Shown: positions 27,992-38,363, counted from the stretch's first letter. The stretch is DNA of 51,717 nucleotides from Acidimicrobiia bacterium (GCA_030066265.1 JASJCF010000006.1:1-51717); one strand, 5' to 3'. The notes: generated from the letters alone by a model not told the origin. Made by a program: numbers and translations.

Positions 27992-29058
27992 TGGACTACG
28001 AAGCCAAGATCGTCGAGACGCTCGCCGAGATCATCAACGTCCCCTCCGTGACCGGGAACGAAGATGCCCTCTGCTCGTTGCTCGAGGGTCGATTCCTCGA
28101 CAAGTCCACCCGGAGAGTCGGGAACTCCCTGGTCGTCGGCGATCCGGATCGAGCGCGTCCCTTCTACGCCTTGTACGGTCACCTCGACACCGTGCCAGAG
28201 CAGGGGGAGCCCAAGGCGCGCATCGAGAACGGCAACCTCGTCGGACTGGGCGCGTCGGACATGAAGAGCGGTGTCGCCGTGATGATCGACCTCCTCGAGG
28301 ACGAGTCGCTCGATCCGATCCATGACCTCGTGTTCGTGTTCTACGCGGCCGAGGAAGGCGCACACGACCTCAACGAGCTTCGCATGGTCTTGGATGCCTG
28401 TCCCTGGCTCACCGACGCAGCGCTGTCGATCGTTCTCGAGCCCACCGACCTCAACGTCGAGATCGGATGCCAGGGCGTCATCAACGCCGACGTGATCTTC
28501 CACGGCAAGAGCTCGCATTCGGCGCGTCCGTGGCTCGGCGAGAACGCCGTCACCAAGGGCGGCGCCTGGCTGTCGAAACTGCACGCAATGGAGCCGGAGC
28601 TCGTCGAGATCGGCGGGCTCGAGTATCGCGAGGTCTTCTCCGTCACGCGCGCGGAAGGCGGCATCGCCAACAACATCATCCCGCCGACCTTCATGATCAA
28701 TCTGAACCATCGATTCCCGCCGATCTACTCCATCGAACAAGCCGAGGAGCGCATCCGAGCTGTAGCAGCAGATGCGGACGAGGTCGTGCTCAAGGATCGC
28801 GCCCCTGCGGGCGGCGCCGCCCCGGACGACCCTCATGTTCGGAGGCTCGAACGCGTTGCCGGCGGACGCCGCCAGGCGAAACAGGGATGGACTGACGTTG
28901 CACGGCTCACCGAACGAGGCGCGGTTGCGGTGAACTACGGGCCGGGGCTGGTTGCCCAGGCGCATCAGGTCGGGGAGTACGTCCCGATTGCGAACCTCGT
29001 CACGGCCTACGAGGTGATGCGACGATTCCTCTCGGGTGAGGGGATCGGCGGTGATTGA
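27991..29058 (+). CDS. dapE: Succinyl-diaminopimelate desuccinylase (M20)
   Basis: GHLDTVP, GASDMKSG, AEEG, LEPT, HSARPWLGENA, GWTDVAR, AH. Confidence 0.92.
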   Translation: MDYEAKIVETLAEIINVPSVTGNEDALCSLLEGRFLDKSTRRVGNSLVVGDPDRARPFYALYGHLDTVPEQGEPKARIENGNLVGLGASDMKSGVAVMIDLLEDESLDPIHDLVFVFYAAEEGAHDLNELRMVLDACPWLTDAALSIVLEPTDLNVEIGCQGVINADVIFHGKSSHSARPWLGENAVTKGGAWLSKLHAMEPELVEIGGLEYREVFSVTRAEGGIANNIIPPTFMINLNHRFPPIYSIEQAEERIRAVAADADEVVLKDRAPAGGAAPDDPHVRRLERVAGGRRQAKQGWTDVARLTERGAVAVNYGPGLVAQAHQVGEYVPIANLVTAYEVMRRFLSGEGIGGD

Positions 29059-29701
29059 ACCGCCGTTCGATCTCAGCGAAACCGATCGACTCCTGACCAC
29101 GACGCGGGCGGTCCGCCGACGGTTGGACCTCGAGCGCGCTGTCGAGCGGTCGGTGATCCTCGAGTGCGTCGAGATCGCGTCTCAGGCCCCTACGGGATCG
29201 AATCGGCAAGGGTGGCGGTGGATCGTCGTGGACGAGCCCGACCTCAAGAAGGGTCTCGCCGACCTCTACCGCAGGGGAGCGATGGGCTACCTGACCAAGG
29301 CTCGTGCCTCTGCGCAGGACCGAGGGGATGCCCAGACGGTGCGCGTGTTCGAATCGACATTGGTTCTCGCCGACACGATGCAGGATGTGCCGGCGCTCGT
29401 GATCCCGTGCATCGAGGCACCGACCGCGAACCGAGCGCTCCCTGCCACGGCGTGGTCCGGCCTCTACGGCAGCATCTTCCCCGCAATCTGGAGCTTCCAG
29501 CTCGCCCTGCGGTCCCGCGGCCTCGGGTCCACGCTCACGACCCTGCATCTTCAGCACGCGCAGGAGGCGGCGGAACTGCTCGGGATCCCGAATGGCACCA
29601 TGCAGGCTGCGCTGTTACCGGTCGCCTATACGATCGGCACAGACTTCAAACCCGCGGCTCGGCCTCCGGCTGAGACGATCGTCCACTGGAACCACTGGTG
29701 A
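29051..29701 (+). CDS. Nitroreductase family protein
   Basis: TTRAVRRRLD, APTGSNRQGW, SIFPAIWSFQLALRSRGLGS. Confidence 0.92.
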   Translation: MIEPPFDLSETDRLLTTTRAVRRRLDLERAVERSVILECVEIASQAPTGSNRQGWRWIVVDEPDLKKGLADLYRRGAMGYLTKARASAQDRGDAQTVRVFESTLVLADTMQDVPALVIPCIEAPTANRALPATAWSGLYGSIFPAIWSFQLALRSRGLGSTLTTLHLQHAQEAAELLGIPNGTMQAALLPVAYTIGTDFKPAARPPAETIVHWNHW

Positions 29702-29864
29702 TCTCGGGCAGGCGCCCGGCCGTCGGTCGATGCTGAACCAATGAGTCGCATCGTCCTCGGTTGTGGGCTCGAACCGATGGCCTCGGAGAAGGCGCTGGCG
29801 TGCTACTCCGCACGGCGCCACCGTCATCCGAGATGCCGAGCGATCCGTGCCGACAGCGTCCGAG

Positions 29865-30512
29865 TCAGTGGGCCTCTCCGAGCTCGGATCGCTCGCGGGC
29901 GTCTTCGAGCGCCGGTTCGACGGTGAGGCGAGGCAGGGTCAGCGCAACCAAGGGTCCTATTCCGAATGCGAAGACGAGGGTTCCGACACCGACCGTTCCG
30001 CCGAGGAGATACCCGATGAACAGCACGGTCAACTCGATGCCTGCCCGTGCCCATCCGAGCGGGATTCCCCGCTTGGCGAGGCCGGTCATCAGCCCGTCTC
30101 TCGGCCCCGGCCCGAGGCCGGCGCCGATGTAGAAGCCCGAACCGAGGGCGACGACCAGGGTTCCACCGATCAAGAGCGACCACTGCAGCCAGGTCGAGGT
30201 CTCGCCGATCGGCCATTGCCAGAGGGTGAGATCGATCACGATGCCGATCAACAGGACGTTGAGGATCGTCCCGAGTCCGATTCGCTCGCCGAGGGGAATC
30301 CACAGCAGCAGGACCACCAGGCCCGTGATGATCCCCACCGTGCCGATCGGGATGCCGGTGTTGAATGAGATGCCCTGATGGAGGACTTCCCAGGGTGCGA
30401 GGCCGAGATCCGCTTCGACGAGCATGGCCACTCCCAGGCCGTACAGGACGAGGCCGAAGAGCAGGCGTGGCACCCTCCTGCGAAGTTCGGTCCGGCTCGG
30501 CATCGGCAGCAT
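29865..30512 (-). CDS. YczE/YyaS-type membrane protein
   Basis: GLAPWEVLHQG, GTILN, GPGPRDGLMTG, GGTVGVGT; ATG 30512 6 nt after TACCGT. Confidence 0.88.
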   Translation of the reverse strand: MLPMPSRTELRRRVPRLLFGLVLYGLGVAMLVEADLGLAPWEVLHQGISFNTGIPIGTVGIITGLVVLLLWIPLGERIGLGTILNVLLIGIVIDLTLWQWPIGETSTWLQWSLLIGGTLVVALGSGFYIGAGLGPGPRDGLMTGLAKRGIPLGWARAGIELTVLFIGYLLGGTVGVGTLVFAFGIGPLVALTLPRLTVEPALEDARERSELGEAH

Positions 30513-30568
30513 GACGAGACGGTACCGAAGGCGATGGCTCCACCCACTGCGTCGGTACCATCGTCGCC

Positions 30569-30856
30569 ATGCCGGTCGACATCGATATCGCCAAGGTCGC
30601 GAAGCTCGCCAGGATCGCATTGACGGACGACGAGCTCGATCAGTACGGACACCAGCTCGAGGACATCCTCGAACATGCAGAGCGCGTGCAGGCGCTCCCC
30701 ACCGAAGGCATCGAGCCAACCTCCCATCCGATGCCCATGGTCAACGGGTTCCGGCGAGACGAGGTGGGGGAGTGCCTCGACCCCGACAGCTTCCTCTCGC
30801 AAGCCCCCGACACCCGGGATGGCCAATTCCGCGTGCCGAGGATCCTCGGCGAATGA
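30569..30856 (+). CDS. gatC: Asp/Glu-tRNA amidotransferase subunit C
   Basis: VAKLARIAL..EPTSHP..FRVPRIL; precedes gatA. Confidence 0.95.
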   Translation: MPVDIDIAKVAKLARIALTDDELDQYGHQLEDILEHAERVQALPTEGIEPTSHPMPMVNGFRRDEVGECLDPDSFLSQAPDTRDGQFRVPRILGE

Positions 30857-32337
30857 CGGATCTCGCCGATCTCACGATCGCCCGTGCGGCATCGGGTCTC
30901 CGCACAGGGGAGTTCACGGCGGCGGACCTTCTCGAAGCGGTCATGCGACGGGCGACCATGACCGAAGCGCAGCTGCACGCGTACCTCACGCTCGACCACG
31001 AGGGCGCTGCGACCGCCGCCGAGGAAGCCGATCGGGCGTTTGCAGCCGGGCAAGACCACGGCCTGCTCCAGGGAATCCCGATTGCGCTGAAAGACAACAT
31101 GTGCACGCGGGGCGTCGAGACGACCGCCTCATCGAAGATCCTCTCCGGGTGGGTTCCGCCCTACGACGCCACTGCGGTCGCCCGGCTGAGAGCGGCCGGT
31201 GCCGTCATCACCGGCAAGACCAACATGGACGAGTTCGCCATGGGTTCGTCAACGGAGAACTCCGCATTCGGGGAAACGCGCAATCCGTGGGACACCGATC
31301 GGGTTCCGGGGGGCTCATCTGGCGGGTCGGCGGTGGCCGTTGCCGCGGGATCGGCCTTCGGTGCGTTCGGGAGTGACACCGGCGGGTCGATTCGCCAACC
31401 GGCGGCGCTCACGGGCGTCGTGGGAATGAAGCCGACGTACGGACTCGTGTCCCGATACGGGCTCATTGCCTTCGCTTCTTCGCTCGATCAGATCGGTCCC
31501 TTCGCTCGCACGGTGGAGGATGTCGTCCTCCTGCTCGAGGCCGTTGCCGGATTCGATGCCCTCGACTCCACCAGCATCGACGAACCGACACCCGGATTCG
31601 GTGATGCGCTCCGTACCGGGGTCGAAGGGGTCCGCGTCGGCGTGGTGACGGAGTTGATGGGTGAGGGAATCGACCCGGAGGTCCGGGCCGCTGTTCAGGC
31701 GACGGTCGACCGGCTTGCCGATGCAGGCGCCGCAGTGGGCGAGGTGTCGCTGCCGTCGTCGGAGCATGCTCTCTCGGCCTACTACCTGATCGCCCCGGCT
31801 GAGTGTTCATCCAATCTCGCCCGGTTCGACGGCGTGCGGTACGGGCACCGGTCTTCGATCGAGGGCACGACCGAGGACATGATGAGCCACAGCAGGGCGG
31901 AGGGGTTCGGCCCCGAGGTGATCCGCAGGATCCTGCTCGGCACGTATGCCCTTTCCGCTGGCTACTACGACGCGTTCTACGGTCAGGCGCAGAAGGTGAG
32001 GACCCTCGTCCGGCGCGACTTCGAAGAGGCCTACGCGGACTACGACGTGTTGGTGTCGCCCACGAGCCCGACGACGGCGTTCCCAGTGGGGGAGCGGGCC
32101 CAGGATCCCCTCGCGATGTACCTCTCCGATGTGTGCACCATCCCGTCGAACCTGTCCGGCGACCCATCGATCTCTGTCCCCGTCGGGGTGGACGCCGACG
32201 GTCTCCCTGTCGGCTTCCAGATCATGGCGCCGGCGCTGGGCGAGCAGGTGCTGTTCCAGGTTGCTGCAGAAGTCGAGCGCCTGGTCGACTTCCAGGATCG
32301 TGCTCGGCTTGCCACGTCGGACGAGGTGAAGCCATGA
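30853..32337 (+). CDS. gatA: Asp/Glu-tRNA amidotransferase subunit A
   Basis: KDN, GKTNMDEFAMGSSTENS, PGGSSGGS, GSDTGGSIRQPA, RRILLGTY; ATG 30853. Confidence 0.98.
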   Translation: MTDLADLTIARAASGLRTGEFTAADLLEAVMRRATMTEAQLHAYLTLDHEGAATAAEEADRAFAAGQDHGLLQGIPIALKDNMCTRGVETTASSKILSGWVPPYDATAVARLRAAGAVITGKTNMDEFAMGSSTENSAFGETRNPWDTDRVPGGSSGGSAVAVAAGSAFGAFGSDTGGSIRQPAALTGVVGMKPTYGLVSRYGLIAFASSLDQIGPFARTVEDVVLLLEAVAGFDALDSTSIDEPTPGFGDALRTGVEGVRVGVVTELMGEGIDPEVRAAVQATVDRLADAGAAVGEVSLPSSEHALSAYYLIAPAECSSNLARFDGVRYGHRSSIEGTTEDMMSHSRAEGFGPEVIRRILLGTYALSAGYYDAFYGQAQKVRTLVRRDFEEAYADYDVLVSPTSPTTAFPVGERAQDPLAMYLSDVCTIPSNLSGDPSISVPVGVDADGLPVGFQIMAPALGEQVLFQVAAEVERLVDFQDRARLATSDEVKP

Positions 32338-33788
32338 AGCCGGGTTGGGAGGCTGTCATCGGGGTGGAGACCCATGTCGAGCTCTCGACGCGCTCGAAGA
32401 TGTTCTGCCGATGCCCCGTCGATGTGGATGCAGCGCCCAACACCGCCTGCTGCCCGGTGTGCCTCGCCCTCCCTGGAGCGCTGCCGGTGCCCAACGAACA
32501 GGCCATCGAGGACATCGTCAAGATCGGCCTGGCGCTCGATTGTGCGATCAACGAGCGTTCGCTGTTCTATCGGAAGAACTACTTCTACCCCGACCTCCCC
32601 AAGAACTACCAGATCAGCCAATACACCTTCCCCGTGTGCGAGCACGGGTCGATCGAGATCGAAGCCGAGGATGGGCCCGTGACGGTGGGCATCACGCGGG
32701 TTCACATGGAGGAGGACACGGGGAAGTCCACCCACGTCGGCGATGGCGGTGGCCGCATCCATGATGCCGACCACACGCTGCTCGACTTCAATCGCGCGGG
32801 CGTCCCGCTCGTCGAGATCGTCACTGAGCCCGACCTTCGCACACCCGAGCAGGCGAGAGCGTACGGGTCCGAGCTCCAGCGCATCGTGCTCGCCCTGGGC
32901 GTGTCGGACGCCAAGCTCGAGGCGGGCTCGATGCGGTTCGACGTCAACGTCTCGGTGCGCCGCACCGGAGATCCCGAGTTCGGGACCAGGACGGAGACGA
33001 AGAACGTCAACTCTCTTCGTTCGCTCCAGCGCGTCGTCGCGTTCGAGATCGATCGACAGGTCGAGCTGATCGAGGCCGGCGGAAGCGTGACCCAGGAAAC
33101 CCGCCACTGGAACGAGGAGACCGCACAGACCGCGGCCATGCGCTCGAAGGAGGAGTCCGAGGACTATCGGTACTTCCAGGACCCTGACTTGCTGCCCCTC
33201 GAGGTCTCCGAACCCTGGCGGGATGCCATCCTCGCTTCGCTGCCCGAACTGCCGGCAGACCGGAGGGCCCGTTACGTCGAGGCAGGCGCCGATGCCGCCG
33301 CTGCCGAGCTCCTTGCCGACTCCAGGGGACTGTCGAGCCGATTCGAGGAGGCGGTGGCAGCAGGAGCGAACGCGCGCACGGTGGCGATATGGCTCACGGG
33401 CGACGTCGTCGCGCACCTGCGTCGCATCGACGGAGACATCGACGCAACGGTGTTGTCCGGAGACCATCTCGCCGAGCTGTCGGCGATGGTGGAGGCTGGC
33501 GAGCTCTCTTCCTCGGCGGCCAAGGACGTGCTCACGGCCACCATCGACGGTGAGGGCTCGCCGCGCGACATCGCCGAGGCGAAGGATCTCATGCAGGTGT
33601 CAGACGTCGGCGAAATCGAGGTGGCGGTCGACGCCGTGCTGGCCGCCAATGCGGACGCCGTTGCGAAGATCGCAGATGGTGACATGAAGCCGATGGGCTT
33701 CCTCATCGGCCAGGTGATGCGCGAAACGGGTGGCAAGGCCGACCCGAAGGTCGTGCAGCAACTCGTTCGAGCCAAGACCCAAGGCTGA
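32334..33788 (+). CDS. gatB: Asp/Glu-tRNA amidotransferase subunit B
   Basis: IGVETHVEL, RKNYFYPDLPKNYQISQ, HMEEDTGK, RSKEESEDYRYF, GKADP; ATG 32334. Confidence 0.98.
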   Translation: MKPGWEAVIGVETHVELSTRSKMFCRCPVDVDAAPNTACCPVCLALPGALPVPNEQAIEDIVKIGLALDCAINERSLFYRKNYFYPDLPKNYQISQYTFPVCEHGSIEIEAEDGPVTVGITRVHMEEDTGKSTHVGDGGGRIHDADHTLLDFNRAGVPLVEIVTEPDLRTPEQARAYGSELQRIVLALGVSDAKLEAGSMRFDVNVSVRRTGDPEFGTRTETKNVNSLRSLQRVVAFEIDRQVELIEAGGSVTQETRHWNEETAQTAAMRSKEESEDYRYFQDPDLLPLEVSEPWRDAILASLPELPADRRARYVEAGADAAAAELLADSRGLSSRFEEAVAAGANARTVAIWLTGDVVAHLRRIDGDIDATVLSGDHLAELSAMVEAGELSSSAAKDVLTATIDGEGSPRDIAEAKDLMQVSDVGEIEVAVDAVLAANADAVAKIADGDMKPMGFLIGQVMRETGGKADPKVVQQLVRAKTQG

Positions 33789-33860
33789 CCTGCACACGAG
33801 GGATGACCTGGACGCCAGGGCTGACCTGAAAACCAGCGCTGCCCCGGACATCGTTGTTGA
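33783..33860. repeat. About 4 x 18-bp degenerate tandem repeat between convergent gatB and ppc
   Basis: ggctgacctgcacacgag / ggatgacctggacgccag / ggctgacctgaaaaccag / cgctgccccggacatcgt. Confidence 0.8.
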
Positions 33861-33863
33861 CGG

Positions 33864-36596
33864 TCAGCCGGTGTTCCGCAGTCCAGACGCCAGGCCGTTC
33901 ATCGTCAGCAGGAGCGCCCGCTGGAGGTCGGGGTCCTGTTCATCCGTCTCGCGCCATCTCCGCAGAAGCGACACCTGCAGGTAGCTGATGGGATCGAGAT
34001 ACCGGTCTCGAACCTCCAAGGTCCGCTTCAGCGCCGGGTCCATGTCGACGAGGCCGCGACCGGTGATCGCCGTCACGGCAGCCACGGTGCGCTCGTGCTC
34101 GGCTTCGATGATCGTGAAGACGTCGAGGTGTTCCGGCTCGGCGAGTGCTGCGTAGCGTCTGGCGATCGTGAGGTCGGTCTTGGCGAGCGTCATCTCCACG
34201 TTGGAGATGAACGTGCGGAAGAACGGCCAGTTCTCGTAGAGGTCCTTCACCTCGTCGAATCCATGGGCGGTGATTGCGGCCTCGAGTCCGGTGCCGACCC
34301 CGAACCACCCTGGCACGATCTGGCGGGACTGCGTCCACCCGAACACCCACGGGATCGCCCGGAGGCCGGCGATCGAGAATTCGCCGGTTCCGGGTCTGCG
34401 TGCGGGTCGGGAGCCGATGTTCATGTTCCCCAACTCGTCAACCGGGGTGGTGGCCAGGAAGTACGGCACCAGGTGCTCGGAGTCGATGAGTCCCCGGTAT
34501 GCAGCAAACGCTGCGTCGGACACGGTCGTCATCGCGGCGTCCCACCGATCGAGCACCTCGGCGGGCTGTCGGGCCTGGCGGTGAAGGAGTGATGCTTGAA
34601 GCGTGGCGGCGACCGTGAGCTCGAGGTTCCGGCGGGCGAGCGAGGGAAGCGCGTACTTGTCCGAGATCACTTCACCTTGCTCGGTGATCTTGATCGACGC
34701 GTCGACCGTTCCCCAAGGCTGAGCCAATATCGCCGCCTCGGTGGGACCGCCGCCGCGGCCGACGGTGCCTCCGCGACCGTGGAACAGCCGGAGCGAGATG
34801 CCATACCGCCGTGCGAGGTCGCGCAGGTCACGCGATGCCCGGTAGAGCTCCCATTGGCTCGTGGCGATCCCGGCGTGTTTGTTCGAGTCCGAATACCCGA
34901 GCATCACTTCCTGGACATCGCCGCGGAGTCGCAGATGCTCCCGATACGGCTCGAGAGCGAGCATCGCTTCCATGAGGGAGGCAGCAGCCCGCACCTCATC
35001 GATCGTCTCGAAGAGCGGCACGAAACCGATTCGGGCGACACCCACGTGGGTGTCGATCAGGCCGGCTTCTCTCGCGATCACCATGGCGGCGAGGATGTCG
35101 TGTGGGCCCCGTGTCTCAGACACGATGTACGACTCGATCACGTCGTGTCCGTAGCGATCCTGCGCCTCCCGGATCGCCCGCATCGTCTCGAGGGTGTCCG
35201 CTGCGTACCCGGTGAGGTCCGTCGCGTTCGTGATGATGGGCCGATGGCCCGAGAGCTCTGCGGCCAGGACCTGCGTCGGATCCGATTGGCGGTCGTAAGC
35301 GATGCCTGCGGCGTCGTACATCGCCTCGATGGTGTCGTGGAGGCGGCTGGCATGCTGGCGGACATCCATGGTCGCCAGCCGGAACCCGAATGCCGATACC
35401 ACGTGGATGAGCCTGCTCACGGCGCCAGCTGCGAGGGTCTCGCCCCGGTTGCGTTGCAGCGAGTCCCGGATCAACACCAGGTCGTCGATCAGGTGAGCCT
35501 CGTTGGCGTACGCCGCCGCTCCATCGGGCCTGAGTCCCGCCTCGTACGCTGCCAGCGTGTTCAGCAGTCGCTGATGGATGAAGGCGAGCTTCTGGCGGTA
35601 CGGCTCCCCGGCCGACAGAGCGGTGAACCGTGCGTGGACCTCGGGGAACTGAACGGCTTCGGCTTCGAGGGACGAGTAGATCTCATCGTCGATGGCGACG
35701 ATCCTGTCGGACGCAGAGAGCTCGGCCGCAAGAGCCTCGACGGCCTCGATCAGATTCCGCACTGCGTGAATGTGCTGAACGCGCAGGACGTCGAGCGTCA
35801 CGTCCGGGGTGACATTCGGGTTCCCGTCACGATCGCCTCCCACCCACGTGCCGAACGAGAGCGGACGAGCCCCGGGCTCCAAGGCAATGCCGAACGACGA
35901 CAGTTGGTGGTCCAATTCGCCATAGATCTCGGGCACCGGACCGTGGAACAGGGCATCGAAGAAGTGGATCACGGAACGTGCCTCGTCCGCAGGTGTCGGC
36001 CGTTCGACCCGTAGTTCGTCGGTCTGCCACATCGCGTCGATCAGCTCGGCGATGCGGCGCTGCGACCGCTCACGCTCCGATGGCGTGGCGGATGGGTCGC
36101 GATGCTCTCGAAGCAGCGACGCAATCTCGACCGTCTTGGCCTGGACGGATCGTCGAACGGCTTCGGTCGGGTGTGCAGTGAACACGGGGCGAACGGCGAG
36201 CCGCTCGGTCGTCTCCTCGATCGTCGACGGGTCGAGATCGGCCTCGGCGATGAGCGAGGCTGCGTGTGCGATGTCGGTGGGGAGAGCGTTGATGTCGTAG
36301 CGGTGCTCCTGCTCGGCCACGTTCGCCAGCGAGAAGAAGGTCGAGAACGCTCGGACGAGCTGGATCGTCTCCTCGAGGCTCCTGCCATCGAGCAGCTTCT
36401 CCAGTTCGTCGGCCGCTTGGGCGCTTGCGGCGGTATCGGATGTGTCGCGGACGCGCTTGGCGAGCTCGCGTACCCGTTCGACCAGGTCGAGCAGAGCTTG
36501 GCCGTGCTGGCGCACGAGTGTCTCGCCGAGCAGCGAGCCCAGCAGTCTCACATCTGCCCGCAGCGCGGCGTCGAGCGTCTCGGTGCGTTCGGTCAT
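33864..36596 (-). CDS. ppc: Phosphoenolpyruvate carboxylase (bacterial type)
   Basis: VFTAHPTE, WVGGDRDGNP, QEVMLGYSDSNK, FHGRGG, LRAIPWVF, C-terminal RNTG. Confidence 0.98.
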   Translation of the reverse strand: MTERTETLDAALRADVRLLGSLLGETLVRQHGQALLDLVERVRELAKRVRDTSDTAASAQAADELEKLLDGRSLEETIQLVRAFSTFFSLANVAEQEHRYDINALPTDIAHAASLIAEADLDPSTIEETTERLAVRPVFTAHPTEAVRRSVQAKTVEIASLLREHRDPSATPSERERSQRRIAELIDAMWQTDELRVERPTPADEARSVIHFFDALFHGPVPEIYGELDHQLSSFGIALEPGARPLSFGTWVGGDRDGNPNVTPDVTLDVLRVQHIHAVRNLIEAVEALAAELSASDRIVAIDDEIYSSLEAEAVQFPEVHARFTALSAGEPYRQKLAFIHQRLLNTLAAYEAGLRPDGAAAYANEAHLIDDLVLIRDSLQRNRGETLAAGAVSRLIHVVSAFGFRLATMDVRQHASRLHDTIEAMYDAAGIAYDRQSDPTQVLAAELSGHRPIITNATDLTGYAADTLETMRAIREAQDRYGHDVIESYIVSETRGPHDILAAMVIAREAGLIDTHVGVARIGFVPLFETIDEVRAAASLMEAMLALEPYREHLRLRGDVQEVMLGYSDSNKHAGIATSQWELYRASRDLRDLARRYGISLRLFHGRGGTVGRGGGPTEAAILAQPWGTVDASIKITEQGEVISDKYALPSLARRNLELTVAATLQASLLHRQARQPAEVLDRWDAAMTTVSDAAFAAYRGLIDSEHLVPYFLATTPVDELGNMNIGSRPARRPGTGEFSIAGLRAIPWVFGWTQSRQIVPGWFGVGTGLEAAITAHGFDEVKDLYENWPFFRTFISNVEMTLAKTDLTIARRYAALAEPEHLDVFTIIEAEHERTVAAVTAITGRGLVDMDPALKRTLEVRDRYLDPISYLQVSLLRRWRETDEQDPDLQRALLLTMNGLASGLRNTG

Positions 36597-36673
36597 GGGC
36601 CGCAGGGTACCCGGGCACGAGTCGGTGCCCGGTCCCCGCCGGACGCACGAAGGTCGGTCTAGTTTTCTGGTCG

Positions 36674-37375
36674 ATGAGCTTCCTCACCGACGTGCTGGCG
36701 GATGCGTGGGACTATCTGAGCGGCTCTCCGAACGAGCTCGGAGAGGTCGTTGCGCTGACGCTCGCCGTGTCTCTCACGGCCACCATCTTCGCCTCGGTGG
36801 TGGGTGTGCCCACGGGTGCCTGGCTCGGCTGGACCGCTTTCCGAGGTCGCGGCCTCGTGATGGCCGGCGTCAACGTGGGCATGGGAATACCGCCGGTCCT
36901 GGCGGGTCTGTTCGTCTTGTTGCTCCTATGGGGAGACGGTCCGCTCGGCGGCCTGGGTCTGTTGTTCACACCCGGCGCCATGGTCGCCGTGCAGACCCTC
37001 CTGGCGATTCCCATCGCCATCGGTGTCACAGCGGCTGCCGTGTCGGGCCTGTCGCCCGCAGCCGACGAGCAACTTCGCGCCCTCGACCTCGGCAATGCGC
37101 AACGGCTGCGCGTGGTGCTCTCGGAGAGTCGCGCCGGCGTGATCGCTGCGATCGCAGCGGCGTTCGGCCGCGTCGTTTCGGAAGTCGGGGCCGTCATCAT
37201 CGTCGGGGGAAACATCGCAGGCGAAACCCGGGTGTTGACGACTGCGATCGTCCAGGAGAGCCGGCAAGCGAGATTCGGTGCGGCCGTCGCCTTGGGGCTG
37301 GTGCTGCTCGGCATCTCCCTCGTCGTCAACCTGGGCCTCACCTGGCTTCAGGGTTGGGAGCGACGGCATGCATGA
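36674..37375 (+). CDS. tupB: Tungstate/molybdate ABC transporter permease (TupB-like)
   Basis: GMGIPPVLAGL, LLFTPGAM, FGRVVSEVGAVIIVGGNIAGETRVLTTAI; ATG 36674. Confidence 0.85.
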   Translation: MSFLTDVLADAWDYLSGSPNELGEVVALTLAVSLTATIFASVVGVPTGAWLGWTAFRGRGLVMAGVNVGMGIPPVLAGLFVLLLLWGDGPLGGLGLLFTPGAMVAVQTLLAIPIAIGVTAAAVSGLSPAADEQLRALDLGNAQRLRVVLSESRAGVIAAIAAAFGRVVSEVGAVIIVGGNIAGETRVLTTAIVQESRQARFGAAVALGLVLLGISLVVNLGLTWLQGWERRHA

Positions 37376-38363
37376 GGCGCTCCGCTTCGAGAGGCTCCGG
37401 TTTCCCGACGACGGATCGGTGGTCGACGTCGACGATTTCGACGTGAGCCGGACGGAACGCGTCGGGCTGTATGGGCCGAACGGCGCAGGTAAGACCACGC
37501 TGCTCAGACTGCTCGCCGGGACGACCGCGGGGGCGACCCGCAACCCGTCGGTCGCCTACCTCCCGCAGCGCCCGTATCTGTTCCGTGGCTCCGCCCGGTC
37601 GAATCTCCTCCTCGGAGTGGATGACGAGGTGTCAGCGATCGAAGCGGCCGAGCGGCTGGGTGTCATGTCCGTGCTCGATGGCGACGCTGCCACGCTGTCG
37701 GGAGGGGAGCGGCAGCGCATCGCCATTGCGCGCACGCTTGCTGATCGCCATCCCCTGGTGGCACTCGACGAACCACTCGCCGCCATCGATCGAGCCGATC
37801 GCAACCGGGTGATCGACGTGATCCGTGATCGAACGGTGGACCGAGCGCTGGTGTGCGTGACACATGACTTCGAAGCTGCGCTGGCCATCGCCGAGACCCT
37901 CGCCGTCATGGACGGTGGGCGGATCGTGCAACGCGGACCGATCCACGATGTGGCGGCGGATCCAGCGACTCGCCGGGTGGAGGACATCATTGGCATCTCG
38001 AACGTCCTCCGGGGCCGCGTCACGGCGCACGATGCCGGTCTGTCGGTGGTGTCGGTCGGCTCGCATTCGTTCCTCGTGGCAGCCGAGGCGCCGATCGGCG
38101 CAGATGTCGTCATTCGATTTGGCGCAGGGACGGTTGCGGTCCACGCCAGCCCACCGAGCGGGGGCTCCCAGCGCAACGTGATTCCCGGTGTTGTGGCGTC
38201 GATCGTCGATCGCGGGGTGATGGTCGAGATGACCTTGGGCGGAGACCAGGCGTTGGCCGCCGTGGTCACGCAAGGGGCGTTGGACGCCCTCGGGGTCGAG
38301 GAGGGCTCGGCGGTCTGGTTTGCCATCAAGACGGCCGCCATCGAGGTCGTGGCGGTGCGATGA
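37368..38363 (+). CDS. Oxyanion ABC transporter ATPase with C-terminal TOBE domains
   Basis: GPNGAGKTT, LSGGERQR, LDEP, THD; SQRNVIPG..AVVTQGALDALG..IKT TOBE/Mop; ATG 37368. Confidence 0.88.
   Translation: MHEALRFERLRFPDDGSVVDVDDFDVSRTERVGLYGPNGAGKTTLLRLLAGTTAGATRNPSVAYLPQRPYLFRGSARSNLLLGVDDEVSAIEAAERLGVMSVLDGDAATLSGGERQRIAIARTLADRHPLVALDEPLAAIDRADRNRVIDVIRDRTVDRALVCVTHDFEAALAIAETLAVMDGGRIVQRGPIHDVAADPATRRVEDIIGISNVLRGRVTAHDAGLSVVSVGSHSFLVAAEAPIGADVVIRFGAGTVAVHASPPSGGSQRNVIPGVVASIVDRGVMVEMTLGGDQALAAVVTQGALDALGVEEGSAVWFAIKTAAIEVVAVR

Noticed and set aside
29702-29864. Possible small gene or ncRNA in the 163-bp gap between nitroreductase and the YczE-like gene
   Set aside because: Candidate ORFs overlap neighbours and lack clear start signals; no recognisable RNA motif.
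33864-36596. ppc as part of a BMC-linked carbon-fixation system
   Set aside because: 24 kb from the BMC, no encapsulation peptide, ordinary anaplerotic enzyme.
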